The position numbers and the translations under genes are program-made. DNA of 57,797 bases, taken from assembly GCA_964349395.1 (NCBI GenBank), contig CAYGGA010000005.1:1-57797 (forward strand), in the 5' to 3' direction. Source of the DNA: an uncultured Gammaproteobacteria bacterium. GTDB taxonomy: Bacteria; Patescibacteriota; Microgenomatia; Woykebacterales; RBG-16-39-9b. This document shows positions 21,335-29,348 of this stretch, one piece after another; position 1 is the stretch's first letter; each line of letters opens with the position of its first letter. A model generated the notes under the pieces. That model made no database searches and was not told where the DNA came from. It saw nothing but the letters and a program-made list of their open reading frames with translations.

Positions 21335-24178
21335 ATGTTAAATTTCTTCTCCAAGTTTTTAGATTCTAATAATCGTGAAGTTTCGCGCCACCAACCTCTG
21401 GTGGACCAGATCAATTCCCTTGAAAAAGATTTTAAGAATTTAAAAGAAAAAGATTTTAAAGCCAAAACCGCTGAGTTTAAAGCCCGGCTTGACCGAGGAG
21501 AAACACTAGATGATTTACTTTCAGAAGCCTTTGCTTTGGTGCGCGAAGCTTCTGTCCGTACCACCGGGCTGAGGCACTACGACGTCCAGCTCATTGGTGG
21601 GATAGTCCTCCATCAAGGCAAAATCGCGGAGATGAAAACTGGTGAAGGTAAGACATTAGTTGCTACTCTTCCCCTTTATTTAAATGCCTTGACTGGCAAG
21701 GGTGTCCATTTAGTCACCGTAAATGATTATCTGTCGCGCCGGGATGCAGAGTGGAATGGCCCAATTTACCACCTCTTAGGTCTAAATGTCGGTGTGATCA
21801 ATCACGAAAAATCTTATTTGTTTGATCCCAATCCTGCCACAAAAAAGGTAGAAGAAACCGAAATCCATCTGACGAGTCAGCAAGCTCTAAATCCGGAAGC
21901 AGAAGGGATTGGGGTAGGGAAATTCTTGAGAGAAGTCAACCGCCAAGAAGCCTACCAGGCTGATATTATTTATGGGACTAACAATGAATTTGGTTTTGAT
22001 TATCTTCGCGACAACATGGTGGGTTCAGTGGAACAGATGGTCCAGACCAACCCCAAAAATGAGTGGGGAGCCCATCATTTTGCGATTGTGGATGAAGTTG
22101 ATTCTATTTTAATAGACGAAGCCCGCACCCCTCTGATCATCTCCGCTCAAGCTGAGGAATCCACGGATAAATACTACAAATTTGCCCAAATTGTAGCCAC
22201 TTTAACTCCGCAAACTGATTTTGTTATTGATGAAAAGCTCAAAACTGCCAACTTGACAGAGATTGGTATTAATAAGATTGAAAGAACTCTAGGAGTCACC
22301 AATCTTTTTGAAAAGGATTTTGCCACTCTGCATCATATCGAGCAAGCTTTGAAAGCGGAGACTCTTTACCGAAAAGATCGAGATTACGTCGTCCGTGAGG
22401 GAGAGGTGGTCATTGTCGATGAATTTACCGGTCGATTGATGTTTGGCCGTCGTTTCTCTGAAGGGCTTCATCAAGCAATCGAGGCGAAAGAAAAAGTCGA
22501 AATCCAAAGAGAATCACGCACTCTAGCGACCGTGTCTTTCCAAAACTATTTTAGGATGTACGAAAAACTCGCGGGTATGACGGGTACGGCGGTCACTGAG
22601 GCTGAAGAATTTTACAAAATCTACAAATTGGAAGTAGTCGAGATTCCAACCAATCAACCAAATCAAAGAAAAGATCACCCCGACTCGGTCTATAAAACCG
22701 AACGCGCTAAATATGAAGCAATTATTGGTGACATTGTGGAGACTCATAAATCTGGTCAACCAATACTAGTGGGTACCACTTCGATTGAAAAAAATGAGCT
22801 CTTAGCAGATTTACTTAAAAGAAAAGGTGTCACCTTTGAGCTTTTGAATGCGAAAAATCATGAAAAAGAAGCGCAAATTATCGCGAAAGCCGGCCAGAAA
22901 GACGCGATCACGCTAGCGACCAATATTGCAGGTAGAGGGGTCGACATCAAACTTGGGGAAGACGTGGATAAACTCGGTGGTCTCTACATCATTGGTACCG
23001 AAAGACATGAGTCTAGACGCATTGACAACCAGCTTCGAGGTCGCTCAGGACGTCAAGGTGATCCTGGGGAGACAAGATTTTATATCTCACTGAATGATGA
23101 CATCATGCGCCTCTTTGGTGGAGACCAGGTCGCCAAAATTATGGACTTTTTGAAAGTGCCAGAAGATGTCCCGATTGAAAACGGCATGGTTTCCAAAGCG
23201 ATTGAGTCTTCGCAAAGCAAAGTTGAGGGTTTCAATTTTGATTCTCGTAAACATTTGGTCGAGTATGACGACGTCATGAACAAGCAGCGTGAGATTATCT
23301 ATGGTCTGCGTCGCAAGGTACTTGAAAGCTCCCAAGAAAAATCCCTGAAAGAGGAGCTACTAGAAAAAATCCAGAGCGAGATTAGCTCCTTAGTAATCCT
23401 GCACGCTCCTGAAGGGTACACTGACCCAGAATATAGTGCTATTGCGACTGAGTTTGGTAGTATTTTCCCCGAGTTTATTAGCGCCACAAACCAAAAATCT
23501 TTAGTCGAAGAGATTTCCAAAATTGCAGAACCCGAGAAAATCATTGCCTCTCTGCAAACCATGACCAGCAAACTTTACGATGAGAGAGAGAAATCTCTGG
23601 GTGAAAAGGTTAGTCGTGATATTGAGAAATATGTCTATCTCCAAGTAATTGACACGCTGTGGATGAACCACTTAGATGATATTGATGATCTGCGTGGTGG
23701 TATTGGACTACGTGCTTATGGCCAAAGAGATCCACTAGTTGAGTACAAAGCCGAGGCTTATAATTTGTTTGAAAGACTGGTCACGGCCATTGATTTTGAA
23801 GTGGTGCACCGTCTTTTCCATGTCCAAGTCCAACAAGCCCCTACTCCAGCAGAAACTATCGAGGTCAAACCTGAGATAAATTTAGTTAAAGAAGTAGCCC
23901 AACCTCAAGAGGAGAAGAATAGCGATAAAAGTAAGGATGAAAAGACTGAGGAAACCGGCAAGAGAAAAATTAAAGTCGTTCACAGTAGTTCTAATGATCA
24001 CAACCATAACCACACTGCAGTAGTGCCACAAAACCTGCAAAGTCCCATGGTGGCTGAAGCAGCTAGAAGCAATCAGGTAAATAATGCCAAGGTTGGCCGC
24101 AATGACCCCTGTCCTTGTGGATCAGGTCTGAAGTGGAAAAAGTGCGGTCTGATCAATTCTCCAAAACACCGTAGTTAA
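21335..24178 (+). CDS. secA: Preprotein translocase ATPase SecA
   Basis: MKTGEGKT, VTVNDYL, DEVDSILIDEARTPL, RIDNQLRGRSGRQGDPG and a C-terminal SEC-C motif GRNDPCPCGSG. Confidence 0.98.
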   Translation: MLNFFSKFLDSNNREVSRHQPLVDQINSLEKDFKNLKEKDFKAKTAEFKARLDRGETLDDLLSEAFALVREASVRTTGLRHYDVQLIGGIVLHQGKIAEMKTGEGKTLVATLPLYLNALTGKGVHLVTVNDYLSRRDAEWNGPIYHLLGLNVGVINHEKSYLFDPNPATKKVEETEIHLTSQQALNPEAEGIGVGKFLREVNRQEAYQADIIYGTNNEFGFDYLRDNMVGSVEQMVQTNPKNEWGAHHFAIVDEVDSILIDEARTPLIISAQAEESTDKYYKFAQIVATLTPQTDFVIDEKLKTANLTEIGINKIERTLGVTNLFEKDFATLHHIEQALKAETLYRKDRDYVVREGEVVIVDEFTGRLMFGRRFSEGLHQAIEAKEKVEIQRESRTLATVSFQNYFRMYEKLAGMTGTAVTEAEEFYKIYKLEVVEIPTNQPNQRKDHPDSVYKTERAKYEAIIGDIVETHKSGQPILVGTTSIEKNELLADLLKRKGVTFELLNAKNHEKEAQIIAKAGQKDAITLATNIAGRGVDIKLGEDVDKLGGLYIIGTERHESRRIDNQLRGRSGRQGDPGETRFYISLNDDIMRLFGGDQVAKIMDFLKVPEDVPIENGMVSKAIESSQSKVEGFNFDSRKHLVEYDDVMNKQREIIYGLRRKVLESSQEKSLKEELLEKIQSEISSLVILHAPEGYTDPEYSAIATEFGSIFPEFISATNQKSLVEEISKIAEPEKIIASLQTMTSKLYDEREKSLGEKVSRDIEKYVYLQVIDTLWMNHLDDIDDLRGGIGLRAYGQRDPLVEYKAEAYNLFERLVTAIDFEVVHRLFHVQVQQAPTPAETIEVKPEINLVKEVAQPQEEKNSDKSKDEKTEETGKRKIKVVHSSSNDHNHNHTAVVPQNLQSPMVAEAARSNQVNNAKVGRNDPCPCGSGLKWKKCGLINSPKHRS

Positions 24179-24214
24179 AAAAGAAAAAGGAGCCAAAGTG
24201 TTATCTTTGACTCC
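24177..24214 (-). terminator. Intrinsic terminator closing the minus-strand orphan-gene array
   Basis: Minus strand GGAGTCAAAG-loop-CTTTGGCTCC followed by a long U-rich tract. Confidence 0.75.
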
Positions 24215-24259
24215 CTATAACTCTCCTCACCTGTACTAATGATTAGGCGACCTCGAGGA

Positions 24260-24353
24260 CCTTGCGCTTGCCAGGGGTACTACCCAAACCGCTTGGGAAT
24301 GGAGCCCAGAAGTGTGTTTTGAAGTACACAACTGGGCTCGGTTTCAGCGCAGG
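24260..24353 (-). repeat. Array repeat unit D (partial: hairpins C and B inside an outer stem)
   Basis: GCTTGGGAATGGAGCCCA (24291-24308) matches 25783-25800 at 17/18; GAGCCCAG/CTGGGCTC stem. Confidence 0.7.
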
Positions 24354-24362
24354 ACATGTGTG

Positions 24363-24809
24363 CTAGGCGCTGGCTAGAACGGGTTTGTTGTCGACGGTGA
24401 AAAGGCCTTCTTGGAGCATCTTTCTAACATCGTCGCGCTCGAGATACGGCTTTTCAGACCGGACGAAACGATAGTTCCAGTCAGTCGTTCCATCAGCTCG
24501 GGTGAAGCCGGTGTTGCTGGTGGCGTACATTACTGACTCGGGGACTGCCTTCCCAGCTTTGATTTGGCAGCTACCGATTTCCCAGGCATGCCAGTCCTGC
24601 ACCGACTTCCCGTCCCACACCAAATAAACGCAGATGTAGTAACCGTCCTCTTGTTCCATATATACACAACGGTACTGGGCACCCGAATTATCCTCATCGA
24701 TAGACATGGGTTTGATGCAAGCGATCTTCAGCTCGCGTCCCAGGAAGGCTGCGAACTGATAGGCCACCTTGATGGCCTCCGATTCGGATTTGGTCAGGTC
24801 TTTCCTCAC
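24363..24809 (-). CDS. Hypothetical protein (array gene 3)
   Basis: GTG start after an AGGAGA SD; 148 aa; GC-richer than the host genes. Confidence 0.7.
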   Translation of the reverse strand: MRKDLTKSESEAIKVAYQFAAFLGRELKIACIKPMSIDEDNSGAQYRCVYMEQEDGYYICVYLVWDGKSVQDWHAWEIGSCQIKAGKAVPESVMYATSNTGFTRADGTTDWNYRFVRSEKPYLERDDVRKMLQEGLFTVDNKPVLASA

Positions 24810-24940
24810 GACTTTCTCCTATTGTCCTCACGGACGTTAAACTCACCAGTGGTAGGAGTACCTCTAGTGGCAATCTAGCCTCAATCCTTCGATATGCTCA
24901 GAATTATGACCAAATTGCCACTCTGGTAAGTCACTTTCTT

Positions 24941-25054
24941 GGAGTACAACCCGTAAGTTCTACCTTCCCTTAAACCAACAAATATTTGCAGGCTTAAGGG
25001 ATGGGGAGAGATTATTTTATACAGGGTCATTGCTGACTCTCTCCCTACCTGTAC
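24941..25054 (-). repeat. Array repeat unit C
   Basis: Core AGTACAACCCGTAAGTTCTAC at 24943-24963; hairpins at 24967-25000 and 25004-25045. Confidence 0.85.
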
Positions 25055-25059
25055 CATTG

Positions 25060-25686
25060 CTAGGCGGATTCTTGCGCTTCCGGGCTGATTCTGTTCCGAC
25101 GCACTGCCCAACGCAAACCGCCGAGAACGCCATACGAATCAGAGTCCCAATGGTCGAGGACGAAGCCATTGGGACCGAAATGGCCACCGTCGAGCCAGTA
25201 CTCGGACCCGTCGCGATTGCGGCACCGAGCGTGGTTCCCAACGGTCAGGGGGTATTCACCAGTTTGGCGATGGTACTCAAAGGCAGCGATGACAAGCTCC
25301 TCTTCGCTCGGGACCGGACAACTCCAGCCGTCGGGCAAAGTGGCACCAAACTCCTCCATCATCTCGATGGTGCAAGTGCGGTTCGTGCCCTTACTACCCG
25401 GAATGAGCCAGTCGGCGGGGTTGGGGATGAAGATCTCAACCATCTCGGTCGGGATTCGTTCCACCCTGTTCCCCGAGCCGTCTTCCTTCCACTCACCATA
25501 TCTCCAGAGGCACGCCGGGGTTTCCTCGCTGTGGAGAATTGTACCAAACTGACCGGCTGCCTGATGCAAGAGCATCAGATCAACTCCCGCAGGGCAGACC
25601 ATGTACCAGCCGTTCGGAAACAGTTGCCGGATCGGATCGTCCTCAGCGAGTGTTCTTTCTGGTATAACGATCGACGGGAAGGTCAC
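25060..25686 (-). CDS. Hypothetical protein (array gene 2); C-terminus resembles C-type-lectin-fold proteins
   Basis: GTG start after an AAGGAG SD; 208 aa; 'CPVPSEEELV...GGHFGPNGFVLDHW...GGLRWAV'. Confidence 0.7.
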   Translation of the reverse strand: MTFPSIVIPERTLAEDDPIRQLFPNGWYMVCPAGVDLMLLHQAAGQFGTILHSEETPACLWRYGEWKEDGSGNRVERIPTEMVEIFIPNPADWLIPGSKGTNRTCTIEMMEEFGATLPDGWSCPVPSEEELVIAAFEYHRQTGEYPLTVGNHARCRNRDGSEYWLDGGHFGPNGFVLDHWDSDSYGVLGGLRWAVRRNRISPEAQESA

Positions 25687-25691
25687 TTTTT

Positions 25692-25824
25692 CTCTCCTTT
25701 GGCTCTTTTGGCCAGAATTTGTGTTTTTAGAAAGTACAACCCGTAAGTTTTACTTTCTCCTAAACAAACATTCTTAATATTTGCTTAGGAATGGAGCCCA
25801 AATCTGTTTGATAGATTTGGGCTC
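25692..25824 (-). repeat. Array repeat unit B (complete)
   Basis: Core AGTACAACCCGTAAGTTTTAC at 25733-25753; hairpins at 25759-25789 and 25794-25824; leader/SD segment shared with unit A. Confidence 0.9.
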
Positions 25825-25835
25825 GAGGAAGTTGG

Positions 25836-26162
25836 TCAGCTGCTCAGGTAAATCCCTCCGATATGCCTGGAATCGACGTACCAGATCCTGACTTTGGTTC
25901 CTGGCTCTAGGTTTACCCCGTTTGCCTGAAACTCCCCGCTCACTACCGTACCCTCGCAGTCCCACTCACCGGACGGGTAACGGCAAGGGTTGCGCTGCTT
26001 TACCCGGTGCAGGTGAAAGAGGAGCACTTTCGATTTATCGTACTGCAGGACCCCGCCAACGACTCGGAACCACACGTTTTTCCAGGACTCAACTTTAACT
26101 GAGGCCCTCCCGAGAACATCGGCTTCCGGTCCGCCACAGATCGAAAGACTATTGTCTACCAC
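25836..26162 (-). CDS. Hypothetical beta-rich protein (array gene 1), 108 aa
   Basis: GTG at 26162 after AAGGAG. The ORF-track start at 26213 falls inside the repeat. Confidence 0.65.
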   Translation of the reverse strand: MVDNSLSICGGPEADVLGRASVKVESWKNVWFRVVGGVLQYDKSKVLLFHLHRVKQRNPCRYPSGEWDCEGTVVSGEFQANGVNLEPGTKVRIWYVDSRHIGGIYLSS

Positions 26163-26169
26163 TCTTGAT

Positions 26170-26262
26170 CTCTCCTTTGGCTCTTGGCCAGTTTTGTGGT
26201 TTAGAAAGTACAACCCGTAAGTTCTACTCTCCCTTAAACAAACAATTTTTTGCTTGCTTAAG
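26170..26262 (-). repeat. Array repeat unit A
   Basis: Core AGTACAACCCGTAAGTTCTAC at 26207-26227; hairpin at 26233-26262; CTCTCCTTTGGCTCTT..GGCCAG shared with unit B. Confidence 0.9.
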
Positions 26263-26322
26263 CCAACAAAAACGGCCCCTTAAAATACCCATGCAAAAAA
26301 CATGAGTAACTTAAGGGGCCGT
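26262..26322 (-). terminator. Leader intrinsic terminator upstream of the array
   Basis: Perfect 12-bp inverted repeat ACGGCCCCTTAA/TTAAGGGGCCGT with an inner stem, followed on the minus strand by TTTTGTT. Confidence 0.75.
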
Positions 26323-26424
26323 ATCTGTATATAGGAAACCCAGAGAAATCTGGGAGGACCTTAGCCGTTACTTATCCGCCATACCTAACGTCTGGCGAAG
26401 AACTATTTAATTGTTAATAATGAA

Positions 26425-26453
26425 ATTATACCACACTATAGGTTGTTTGTCAA
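26425..26453 (-). promoter_or_regulatory. Consensus sigma70 promoter with extended -10, driving the array
   Basis: Minus strand TTGACA-17 nt (ending TGG)-TATAAT. Confidence 0.9.
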
Positions 26454-27364
26454 GTTCCGTAAACTATCCCACTCGTCCCATCCACCCACACTTTTGTCCC
26501 TGGTTTTAGCTGGTTGGTACCTACCCTGGTTCTTCCCACTACTACAATACCCTCTTTAAAACATTTGTCCTTTAAATCAAGCTTTTGGAAAGCATCCACA
26601 TTGGCCACGTAAGCCTCAGCCTGTGAGTCCTCGGACTCAATGTTAAACACCACCGCTATATTCTCCCCTACCACCCCTTCAGCAATACCCGGGACTTGGG
26701 GAATACCAGTCAAAAGTTGCTCCAAATCTTTTTCTTTTTCACGTCTAAAGTCACAGTTTCTAAAAATAGTCCTGATAGCTTTATCTTCCTCCAAATCCCC
26801 CACTGGTTGTGGCTCTTGAACCTCGTCGTATTTGGTCAAAACTACCTTTATGGCTTCTTTTAAGGACTTCTCCCAACTCTCACCCAGATTCTCAGACAGT
26901 TTTTGGAGATAACCAAAGTAGATTCTGGTTCCAGCTTTCAAAACTTCTTCGGTGTTTATTTCACCCTTGGGTGTCTCTTTGGCCAGTTTGTCATAGATAG
27001 GTACAAAGCTGTCCTGCCAGTTGGCTATTTTATCTAAACTAATCAGTTTCTCCATTAAATAAAGCTTATCTTCAAAAGACAAGTCATTCTTCTTCCAACT
27101 CAAACAAGGCCATAAAAACTGAAGATCCAAAATAGCATCTTTGGGACCCACCAGACTAGCTAACTCTGCGCTGGTGACACCATTATTGTCTGCTTTCCTA
27201 AATAGCCTGATCAACTCTCCAAAAAGATATGGGGCAATAGGGTAGTCCAGGACAGTAGGCCGAATAGGCCACCAGCCATCACTATGTTTTTGATCACTTT
27301 TATAGATTTCTTGAGAGATAAAGTTAAAAAGACTGTTGATTCGGCGATTTTGGTCATTATCCAT
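26450..27364 (-). CDS. Hypothetical protein with a C-terminal degenerate PEP-utilising swivel/mobile domain
   Basis: 'LTGIPQVPGIAEGVV...KEGIVVVGRTRVGTNQLKPGTKVWVDGTSGIVY'. Confidence 0.6.
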   Translation of the reverse strand: MDNDQNRRINSLFNFISQEIYKSDQKHSDGWWPIRPTVLDYPIAPYLFGELIRLFRKADNNGVTSAELASLVGPKDAILDLQFLWPCLSWKKNDLSFEDKLYLMEKLISLDKIANWQDSFVPIYDKLAKETPKGEINTEEVLKAGTRIYFGYLQKLSENLGESWEKSLKEAIKVVLTKYDEVQEPQPVGDLEEDKAIRTIFRNCDFRREKEKDLEQLLTGIPQVPGIAEGVVGENIAVVFNIESEDSQAEAYVANVDAFQKLDLKDKCFKEGIVVVGRTRVGTNQLKPGTKVWVDGTSGIVYGT

Positions 27365-27471
27365 ACAATATAGTATTCTACAATCCAATAATCTAAGCAA
27401 CTAATGGAAACAAGGAGCTGGTACCGCCCAAATCGCCAAAATGAAGAAACGTTGAGCTGACCTACTAACCC

Positions 27472-27509
27472 AAAGGACGCCCCCACCCATAGGCGTCCTT
27501 TTTCTTTTG
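27472..27509 (+). terminator. Intrinsic terminator upstream of gpmA
   Basis: AAAGGACGCC/GGCGTCCTTT stem plus TTCTTTT. Confidence 0.75.
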
Positions 27510-27534
27510 CAGAAGAAACAGGTATATTTAACCT

Positions 27535-28128
27535 ATGGCTTTACTTGCCCTAGTCAGACATGGACAAAGTACTTGGAATAAAGAGGAAAGATTTACTGGC
27601 TGGACAGACGTGCCTCTTACTCCTCTTGGTGAGGAAGAAGCTAAAGAAGCGGCTGCAAAATTAAACAACCATCATTTTAGTATGGCTTTCTGCTCAGAAT
27701 TAGAGAGAGCTAAAAAAACTCTTCAGATTATTTTAAAAGAAGACCACCTCACTCTCCCCATTACTTACACCCATGCTTTAAATGAAAGAGACTATGGAGA
27801 TTTGGTAGGTAAAACTCACGTTGAAGTGATCAAGGAGTTTGGTAAAAAGCAGTATGAAGGGTGGCACAGAAGCTGGGATATCCGTCCCCCTCATGGAGAA
27901 AGTCTAAAAGACACCCACACTAGAGTAATGAACTATTTTAATGAGCAAATTTTACCAGAGCTGAACAAAGGTAAGAATGTTTTGGTAGTTTCTAGTGGTA
28001 ATGGTCTTCGGGCCTTGAGAAAAGAGATTGATGATATCACTGACAGCGCAATTGCCTATCTTGAGATTCCCACTGGTAGTGTGGACCTGTATGAGGTTAG
28101 TAAATCTCGCTTTAAGAAATTGTCTTAG
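27535..28128 (+). CDS. gpmA: 2,3-bisphosphoglycerate-dependent phosphoglycerate mutase
   Basis: LVRHGQSTWN, FTGWTDVPL, LNERDYG, PPHGESL. The usual AHGNSLR reads SSGNGLR here. Confidence 0.85.
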   Translation: MALLALVRHGQSTWNKEERFTGWTDVPLTPLGEEEAKEAAAKLNNHHFSMAFCSELERAKKTLQIILKEDHLTLPITYTHALNERDYGDLVGKTHVEVIKEFGKKQYEGWHRSWDIRPPHGESLKDTHTRVMNYFNEQILPELNKGKNVLVVSSGNGLRALRKEIDDITDSAIAYLEIPTGSVDLYEVSKSRFKKLS

Positions 28129-28768
28129 TGATTTTGGCTTTCCGGTGAGCTTGGAAAAAATGGTAAGCAGGTGGCAAAACGGATAAGAAAATTATGCTAG
28201 CTATGATAAGCAGTAAGTATTTATCAATATCAGGGAAAACCTGACCTAAATAGAATCCAGCATAGGTCAATCCGACCCCCCACAGTATTCCTCCCACAAT
28301 GTTATAAATCAAGAATTTTTGGTAGTTCATTCTTCCAATTCCAGCTACAATTGGAGCGAAAGTACGGATAAAAGGCATAAATCTAGCTAAAATAATTGTC
28401 TTCCCACCATGTTTTTCATAAAATTCTTCAGCTTTAAGAAGATTTTGTTTATGAAAAAGCAAACTGTCTTCCTTGGTAAAAAGTTTTCTTCCGACCCTAT
28501 TCCCAAACCAGTACCCCACACTATCACCCAAGACTGCAGCCACAAAACATAATACAGCTAAGTAGAAGATTGGTAATTTTAATACTCCTTGTTGGGTTAG
28601 TAATCCTGCAGCAATAAGCAAACTGTCTCCTGGCAAAAAGAAGCCAAATAAGAGACCTGATTCCGCAAAGATAACACCAAAGAGTAGAAAGTAAACTGAG
28701 GGGCCAAAAAGGTTGGCTATTTCTTCAAGGAGTGGTTTTGGTTCCAAAAGCAGGTGCAATAATTCCAT
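28112..28768 (-). CDS. dedA: DedA/VTT family membrane protein
   Basis: IFAESGL..GFFLPGDSLL, FYEKHGGKTIILARFMPFIRTFAP. Confidence 0.92.
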   Translation of the reverse strand: MELLHLLLEPKPLLEEIANLFGPSVYFLLFGVIFAESGLLFGFFLPGDSLLIAAGLLTQQGVLKLPIFYLAVLCFVAAVLGDSVGYWFGNRVGRKLFTKEDSLLFHKQNLLKAEEFYEKHGGKTIILARFMPFIRTFAPIVAGIGRMNYQKFLIYNIVGGILWGVGLTYAGFYLGQVFPDIDKYLLLIIASIIFLSVLPPAYHFFQAHRKAKITKTIS

Positions 28769-28880
28769 ACAAGACATTAGTATACGGATTTCAAGATTAT
28801 TACTCAAGGTCTTTCTACCCAAAAGTCAGGATAGTGTTCTAAAATTTGAATCTGATTGTCATTTAAGTTAAAATTACCTT

Positions 28881-29348
28881 ATGAGTAGAAATATGGTCTT
28901 AGCACTACTAGTAATCGCCATTATTTTAGGGGCGGCCTCTGCTTATGTCTTTAATCAGCAAAAACAAAAGATTGATGCTGGTCTCTCACCCACCCCAACT
29001 GAAAATACCACCACCCCAACACCAACAGAAAGCACTGCTGAAGTTGACTTTACTGAAGTCAAATCAGCCCATTTTGTCTCTTCAACCCCTAAAAATAATG
29101 AGACCTTGAACACGGCCCCAACTGATATTCGTCTTAAATTTAACTTTACTTTAGGAAGTAACTCTACCATCAAAGTCTCCAAAAACGGCTCACCAATCAG
29201 TATCCCTGACCCTTCCATCGGCAGCGATCGGCTCACGTTGTCGGTTCCTTTTGGTGAAGGTCCGGGGAGCTATCTCGTAGACTACTCTGCCTGCTGGCCG
29301 GATAAAAGCTGCCATCCAGGATCTTTTGGTTTTGTCATCAAACCCTAA
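28881..29348 (+). CDS. Membrane-anchored CopC-like copper-binding protein
   Basis: TM helix plus Thr/Pro linker, then 'AHFVSSTPKNNETL...P..IRLKFN...GSYLVDY...DKSCHPGSF.F'. Confidence 0.7.
   Translation: MSRNMVLALLVIAIILGAASAYVFNQQKQKIDAGLSPTPTENTTTPTPTESTAEVDFTEVKSAHFVSSTPKNNETLNTAPTDIRLKFNFTLGSNSTIKVSKNGSPISIPDPSIGSDRLTLSVPFGEGPGSYLVDYSACWPDKSCHPGSFGFVIKP

Noticed and set aside
25030..25746. 238-aa plus-strand ORF (also 25169-25552 and 24564-24878)
   Set aside because: Antisense shadows of GC-rich minus-strand genes that have SDs, a promoter and a terminator. The 238-aa ORF also runs through the repeats.
24943..26227. CRISPR array or integron interpretation of the repeats
   Set aside because: Spacing is 474-790 bp with whole genes between copies, there are no cas or intI genes, and the attC R/L box layout is not evident.
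26340..26400. glmS ribozyme, T-box or c-di-GMP riboswitch in the array leader
   Set aside because: Only fragments (CGCCAG, GGCGGAU) match. The core consensus elements are absent and the gene context is wrong.
27414..27466. Fluoride riboswitch resemblance upstream of gpmA
   Set aside because: It lacks the conserved GAUG and the UGAUGAC pseudoknot partner.
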